Both the position numbers and the translations under genes were made by a program. Source: Alkalispirochaeta sp. (GTDB lineage: Bacteria; Spirochaetota; Spirochaetia; DSM-27196; Alkalispirochaetaceae). Taken from it: a DNA stretch of 64,000 bases. The notes beneath the pieces were generated by a model, which saw nothing but the letters and a program-made list of their open reading frames with translations, searched no databases and was not told the origin of the DNA. Below, piece by piece: positions 58,838-64,000 of this stretch. Location: positions 160,001 through 224,000 of the forward strand of contig CBDESZ010000004.1 in NCBI GenBank assembly GCA_965242725.1. Direction: 5' to 3'. Every line of letters begins with the position of its first letter. The first letter of the stretch is position 1.

Positions 58838-60913
58838 CTATTCTTCGTCGGTTTTGAAGCGGGAAACGTTGCGGCCGATGTGGCCAATTGCATCGGAGAG
58901 GCGGGATACCGCGGCGGTGAGCTCCTGCATAGCTGTACTGATTTCCGAGGTACCCAGGTCGATCTCACCGACACCGTTGAGAATTTCTGCGCTTACCATA
59001 CTGACGGAACTTGTATGATTCTTGATCTGGTTGCTTTGCTCACCGATACGCCGGGTTCCTGCTTCTACCCCGTGGGTCGTATCCCGGAGTGACGCAACGG
59101 CACGGCCGATTTCATCGGCACCGGTTGAGAGTTCGTTCATGGCACCGGTTATCTCGTCGAACGCGTCACCGACAGTCCCAATCTGACCTTCCACCATCTC
59201 ATAGTGGGCAAAGACGTTGTCCATAAAACCGGTCAGATTGGCGATGTCCTGGGCGTTTTTCTTGAGATTCTGGCTGATCATCTTGGAATTTTCCGCCGCA
59301 GATTCCGCAAGTGACCTGATTTCCGCCGCAACGACGGAAAAGCCGCGCCCGTGAGCGCCCGCATGAGCTGCCTCGATTGCTGCGTTCATTGAGAGAATAT
59401 TGGTCTGGGCGGCGATAGAATTGATAGTGGTAATGGTTTTTTGAAGTGTCTCAATGGACCCTGCCATATCTTCAACTTTTGATTTCGTTGCGACGACTTC
59501 CTGTCTTCCTTTTCCCGTCGTTTCGTGAAGGGTGTTCAGGTTTTTCTTTTTTGCCGCAGCCGTAGAGGCGACGTTTTTTATTGAAGCAACCATCTCTTCA
59601 ATTGACGCTGAAGTTTCTTCCACGGTGGACGCCTGTTCAGATACCCGTTCCATGAGAGATCGTCCGTCCCGATCAATTTCCTCCGCCGCGGTGGCGGACT
59701 GTTTTGCTTCACCCGAGAGGCGCTCCAGTTGTTGTCGGATGGAGCGGACCGTTGCTGAAATCTCGTCCGCCGACGCGGCGACCTGGGTGGACGTGGATGA
59801 CACCGTCTCTTTCCGTTCCTCCGCATCGCGGACCGTTCCCTTGACAGCCGAAATAAGTTGCGCCAGTACTTCAACAAAGGCATTGAAGTGGGCGGAAGTC
59901 GCCGCAATCTCGTCGTTGCGCCCGACATCCAGGCGCCTGGTGAGGTCTCCTCCCCCGCGGGCGTACTCCTCGAGGCGGCCGGCCAGCGTCCCAAGCGGCC
60001 TCAGGGTGATGGAAGCGACACTCCAGAGAACAACGATGAGAATCACCAGCCCGACAAGGCTCAGGGCGACACCGATCATCGTAAAGGCGGCGGCGCCGCC
60101 TGTGATGATATCCTCTTCCGCCTCGACAAAAATGTGCCATCCGTTGGTGGACTGAACAGTGTGGGATATTTGAACGCGGTCATCATCGGTGTATGTGGAT
60201 GATTCCGCGCCGCCCTCCAATAGAGCTGCGACCGGGGGATGGCCTGAAAAATCGACAAGCTCTTCCTCGCTCATGCGACCGGGGTCGGAATGGGCGACGA
60301 GAATGCCGGTGTTATCAACGACGTAGACGGCCTTTATCGTATCGTTCAGGGCTGACGCGACAATTTTGGAAACTTCCGAAAGCTCGGAGGCGACAAGCAG
60401 CACACCGGCGGGACGACCCGCCCCGTCGGGGGAGGGAATGGGAATACCGTACGCCACAGCCGGGGCGGGGGGAGTGAGCGAACGGCCCATGAGGATCTGC
60501 CGCGTAACCGGAACACCCGCCATGGCCTGGACAAAATAGACGCGGTCCGAACGGTTCCCCGATCCTTGGGTACCATTGCTCAGCATGAATACGGCGCCGT
60601 CGGCGCCAATCGTGTAGACCGTGTACACGTATTCCTGCAACGCCGCAGCGGCACCGGCGAGTGCCGAACCCTGGGTGGCCGCATCCATACGCTGGACCTC
60701 GGGATTGCTGGTGACGGCCGTTCCCGTGGTGACGATCAGCTCGTCCCATCGGTCTATCTGACGGGCGATGCCTGTGGCTGTGTGGACGAGATCCGCCGTG
60801 GCCTGGGCCAAAAGTTGTGACCTCGCGCGGAGCGTCAATGTGGTGACGACTGAAGCGAGAATAATAGCAGCCAAAACACCTGAAAAGAGGGTCAATCGAC
60901 TTTTTATTGTCAT
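58838..60913 (-). CDS. Methyl-accepting chemotaxis protein (dCache sensor)
   Basis: TM, dCache-like (SDRVYF, YVVDNTG..VAH), [23 protein letters not shown]. Confidence 0.92.
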   Translation of the reverse strand: MTIKSRLTLFSGVLAAIILASVVTTLTLRARSQLLAQATADLVHTATGIARQIDRWDELIVTTGTAVTSNPEVQRMDAATQGSALAGAAAALQEYVYTVYTIGADGAVFMLSNGTQGSGNRSDRVYFVQAMAGVPVTRQILMGRSLTPPAPAVAYGIPIPSPDGAGRPAGVLLVASELSEVSKIVASALNDTIKAVYVVDNTGILVAHSDPGRMSEEELVDFSGHPPVAALLEGGAESSTYTDDDRVQISHTVQSTNGWHIFVEAEEDIITGGAAAFTMIGVALSLVGLVILIVVLWSVASITLRPLGTLAGRLEEYARGGGDLTRRLDVGRNDEIAATSAHFNAFVEVLAQLISAVKGTVRDAEERKETVSSTSTQVAASADEISATVRSIRQQLERLSGEAKQSATAAEEIDRDGRSLMERVSEQASTVEETSASIEEMVASIKNVASTAAAKKKNLNTLHETTGKGRQEVVATKSKVEDMAGSIETLQKTITTINSIAAQTNILSMNAAIEAAHAGAHGRGFSVVAAEIRSLAESAAENSKMISQNLKKNAQDIANLTGFMDNVFAHYEMVEGQIGTVGDAFDEITGAMNELSTGADEIGRAVASLRDTTHGVEAGTRRIGEQSNQIKNHTSSVSMVSAEILNGVGEIDLGTSEISTAMQELTAAVSRLSDAIGHIGRNVSRFKTDEE

Positions 60914-60933
60914 GGGGATCCTGTGTGGATGGC

Positions 60934-60962
60934 ATTGTATAGTCACTGCCGTACTTTGTCAA
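60934..60962 (-). promoter_or_regulatory. Sigma70-type promoter of the dCache MCP
   Basis: TTGACA-17 nt-TACAAT on the minus strand. Confidence 0.7.
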
Positions 60963-61029
60963 AATCTCTTTTTGTGACGTCCGGCGTTCGATCTATACCG
61001 AAAATGGACAGGTATGGTAGCATGGAGCA

Positions 61030-61836
61030 ATGATCAAAGGACGTGAAAATCCTCAGGACGCGAAGATTCAGACAAACATGGAGCGTGTCTCCTATAAGAT
61101 CGCCGTGATGAGCGGCAAGGGCGGCGTAGGGAAGTCTACGGTCAGTGTGAATCTGGCGTGGGCGCTGGCGATGCGGGATCTGCAGGTCGGCATTATGGAC
61201 GCCGATATCCACGGACCCAATCTGCCGACAATGCTTGGGGTATCTGAGGAACGATTCTCCGGAAGTGAACATGAGATCGAGGCCGTTGAGGTCCTGGCAA
61301 ATCTGAAGGCCGCCAGCGTCGGTAACATCGGATACGACCGGGACGCTGCGCTCATATGGCGCGGTCCGATGAAGCTGGCGCTGATCAAGCAGTTTCTCGC
61401 CGATATCGTCTGGGGTGATCTTGATTACCTCATTATTGATACCCCTCCCGGTACGGGGGACGAGGCGCTGACGCTGGGACAGGAGATCAAGTCCATGACG
61501 GGAATCGTCATTGTGACGACTCCCCAGGATGTGGCTCTTCTGGATTCCCGGAAAAGCGTCGATTTTGCACAGAAAATGAATATTCCCGTCATCGGAATTG
61601 TGGAGAATATGGCCGACGGCGCGGCCCTGAAGGTCTTTGGCTCCGGAGGGGGCGAGCGTGCCGCGGCGGAACTGGGTGTACCCTTTCTTGGCCGGGTTGC
61701 CCTGGATCCGCGTATGGTGGCAGCGGGAGATACGGGCCGCCCCTTTCTCGCCGACCATGAATCAGAAGAGGCGGGCCGCCAGTTGCAGGCGATTGTGGAC
61801 GGCATTGTGATGTACTGCAAAGGAGTGAGCGGCTAA
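61030..61836 (+). CDS. Mrp/NBP35 (ApbC) family P-loop ATPase
   Basis: SGKGGVGKST, DADIHGP, WRGPM, WGDLDYLIIDTPPGTGD, VTTPQ, VENM. Confidence 0.92.
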   Translation: MIKGRENPQDAKIQTNMERVSYKIAVMSGKGGVGKSTVSVNLAWALAMRDLQVGIMDADIHGPNLPTMLGVSEERFSGSEHEIEAVEVLANLKAASVGNIGYDRDAALIWRGPMKLALIKQFLADIVWGDLDYLIIDTPPGTGDEALTLGQEIKSMTGIVIVTTPQDVALLDSRKSVDFAQKMNIPVIGIVENMADGAALKVFGSGGGERAAAELGVPFLGRVALDPRMVAAGDTGRPFLADHESEEAGRQLQAIVDGIVMYCKGVSG

Positions 61837-61838
61837 TC

Positions 61839-62981
61839 GTGCGAGCACGTTACGGTAAATCTCGGACCGGGGCGATCGTCAAGACCGCCGATGTCTATAC
61901 ACAGAATGAACATGATATCGATCCGCGGGATCTGGATCACGATGCGGTCAAGGTGGTCCGCCGGTTGCAGCGACACGGACATGAGGCGTATATCGTTGGA
62001 GGGGCGGTGCGTGATCTTCTCCTTGGAAAAAAACCGAAGGATTTTGACGTTTCCACCGATGCAACGCCCAATCAGATACGCAAGCTCTTCCGCAACAGCC
62101 GGATTATCGGGAAGCGATTTCGCCTCGCCCATTTGCTCTTTCGCGACAAGATCATCGAAGTCTCAACCTTTCGTGGTCAGGACTCGGAGGGTTTCAAGAA
62201 CGTCTTCGGGTCGATAGACGAGGACGTGCTTCGCAGGGACTTTACCGCCAATGCGCTCTTTCTGAATCCCGAGGACAACACGATCGTCGACTACGTCGGC
62301 GGCGTCAAAGATATCAGGAAAGGGGTGCTGAAACCGGTCATTCCCCTGGAACGGATCTTTGTGGAAGATCCGGTACGCATGATCCGGGCGTGCAAATATG
62401 CGGTGACCGGTGCGCTGCGGATTCCCTGGGCGGTGCGGAGGCGCATACGCCGGGACCGTGCGTTCCTGGCGGATACGCCTTCGAGCCGCATGACCGAAGA
62501 GATCTTCAAGATCCTCAATACAGGTTATGCCGGGGGGATTATTGAACTTCTTGTCGACTACGGCCTCTTTGAGAACATGATACCCTCACTGGCTGCGTTG
62601 GCACGAAACAACAGGGCGTATCGTACGGCACTCCTTGAGCGGTTGCGGCTCCTTGATGAGAAGCGTCAGGAGCGGGGTGCCCTTGATCGGGCGGATCTGC
62701 TGGTCTTTCTCGTTGCCGACTATCTCCTGGAGCACGGTCCGTTTCACGGACAGAAACGTATTCCCTTCCGGGATGCCTACTACGGTATCAAGGAATTTCT
62801 CTCACCTGTGACGCCGGCAAACAAGGAAATTGAGAGTGCCATCAATGTCATTTTTCGGAATAAGGGTCGAATCCTCCACGATGAAGTGCCCGCCCATCTT
62901 GAGAAAGGGGGCGGACGGAGGCGTCGCCGTCGCCGGCCCCGTGGTGGTAAAAGTGGCGACGGTTCCGGACAGGCCGGGTAG
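61839..62981 (+). CDS. pcnB: Poly(A) polymerase I
   Basis: VGGAVRD, DFDV, PAP-specific IIGKRFRLAH, RRDFTANAL, EDPVRMIR, Arg-rich tail. Confidence 0.88.
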   Translation: MRARYGKSRTGAIVKTADVYTQNEHDIDPRDLDHDAVKVVRRLQRHGHEAYIVGGAVRDLLLGKKPKDFDVSTDATPNQIRKLFRNSRIIGKRFRLAHLLFRDKIIEVSTFRGQDSEGFKNVFGSIDEDVLRRDFTANALFLNPEDNTIVDYVGGVKDIRKGVLKPVIPLERIFVEDPVRMIRACKYAVTGALRIPWAVRRRIRRDRAFLADTPSSRMTEEIFKILNTGYAGGIIELLVDYGLFENMIPSLAALARNNRAYRTALLERLRLLDEKRQERGALDRADLLVFLVADYLLEHGPFHGQKRIPFRDAYYGIKEFLSPVTPANKEIESAINVIFRNKGRILHDEVPAHLEKGGGRRRRRRRPRGGKSGDGSGQAG

Positions 62982-63016
62982 ACCGGGCAGGAGGCTGTCC
63001 CGGCACATGCCGCACA

Positions 63017-64000
63017 TTATCCCCTGATGCGGTAGAGGATCCGTTCCGCCTGTTCCCGATAGCTCGGGTCAAGCTCGATCGATTCCTCAAGATACGTGAC
63101 CGCATCATCAAAGCGGTTGTCCGCATAGGCGTTGACGCCCAGGGCGTAGAGGGTTATCGCCTTTTCCGCGCCGGCGGCGACGGCGTCCCGATAGTACTTC
63201 TCCGCCGCTTCATAGTCGTTGAGTTTGTAATTTATGAGACCCAGGTAGTAGAAGGGGACGTGGTCTTCTCCGCCCAGTTCTACAGCGTTCAGAAATGAGT
63301 CGATCGCCGATTCATACTCTTCTGCGTCGTACTGTTCGATCCCCCTGGTGATCCAGCCCTCAAAGGTTTTGCGGCTCTCCACGTATCCCACAAACTCGTC
63401 GACGAGCCGGTTCTGGTCGACCCAGCGAAAGACGTGGCGATGAATTGCCGCGACGTTTTCTTCCCGCGATGCGTCGCGTTCCATTGCGCTGATGCTGTCC
63501 CAGAGGATCCGTTGAGCATCTTCATACTCGCTGTTCAGCAGAAAGCTCACGATTCCCCATGCCTGCGGATAAAATGATTCCAGGCGGGTACGCACTTCGT
63601 CGGGAGATGCAGAGAGCAATGATTCCAGTGGAATCGGCGTTGCATCGCCCTCGCCGGCGACAATTGCCTTTAACACATCCAGCCATGCGAGATTTTCCCG
63701 GTACTCGGCGCGCCTGAGCTCCGGGTCATAGTGTGCCGCCTCATAGTAGACGGCAAAGCCTTCCTGCAGCCACAGCGGGGGATTGTGAATGCAGGCGCGG
63801 AGAAACTGGACGAAACTCTGGTGGACAAAGGAGCGTTCCAGCTCTTCGTCGGAACCGTGATACCCGACAAGTTCACTCTTTACAGGATCATCGTAGTGAA
63901 GATAGACAAAGCCGTCCCGTTGCTGGTCGATGAGGCGATTCAAATAGGCATCGTACTGCCCCTGGGATGAAAACACCCGTACCGACATGGGAGCGGAGAG
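63017..64000 (-). CDS. TPR-containing protein with degenerate peptidase MA/DUF1570-like domain, 5' end outside window
   Basis: PLWLQEGFAVYYE, FYPQAW motifs; C-terminal TPR repeats; frame open to the window edge. Confidence 0.7.
   Translation of the reverse strand, partial: LSAPMSVRVFSSQGQYDAYLNRLIDQQRDGFVYLHYDDPVKSELVGYHGSDEELERSFVHQSFVQFLRACIHNPPLWLQEGFAVYYEAAHYDPELRRAEYRENLAWLDVLKAIVAGEGDATPIPLESLLSASPDEVRTRLESFYPQAWGIVSFLLNSEYEDAQRILWDSISAMERDASREENVAAIHRHVFRWVDQNRLVDEFVGYVESRKTFEGWITRGIEQYDAEEYESAIDSFLNAVELGGEDHVPFYYLGLINYKLNDYEAAEKYYRDAVAAGAEKAITLYALGVNAYADNRFDDAVTYLEESIELDPSYREQAERILYRIRG

Overview
Chromosomal window of a GC-rich bacterium, most likely a free-living spirochete (Spirochaetales). 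This is inferred from 'FAGGGQE'-type solute-binding-protein N-termini, a Borrelia-type small beta-barrel, several chemoreceptors and a PcnB. No rRNA, tRNA, CRISPR array or mobile element was seen. The left half is rich in stress and antibiotic-response genes: PfpI, a WYL regulator with a GyrI-like gene, a heterodimeric ABC exporter, two ABC-F ATPases, VOC proteins, a GNAT and a MOSC/FNR pair. It also holds a decayed sugar-catabolism locus and ugpBAE. The middle (27-49 kb) is a large carbohydrate-uptake region with three ABC systems, LacI/AraC regulators and glycoside hydrolases. The right end has lipoproteins, MCPs, a membrane HD-GYP protein, Mrp and pcnB. Most notable non-obvious signals: (i) a 48-aa hydrophobic peptide ending ...SSSKWGG, with its own consensus promoter, strong SD and terminator, directly upstream of a polytopic membrane HD-GYP phosphodiesterase (candidate peptide-sensing c-di-GMP system); (ii) three separate uORF/terminator attenuator leaders in front of the ABC exporter and both ABC-F genes; (iii) a WYL-type palindromic operator in front of the GyrI-like gene; (iv) repeated leaderless-type gene starts. 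All calls come from reading the sequence by eye; no database searches or folding programs were run.
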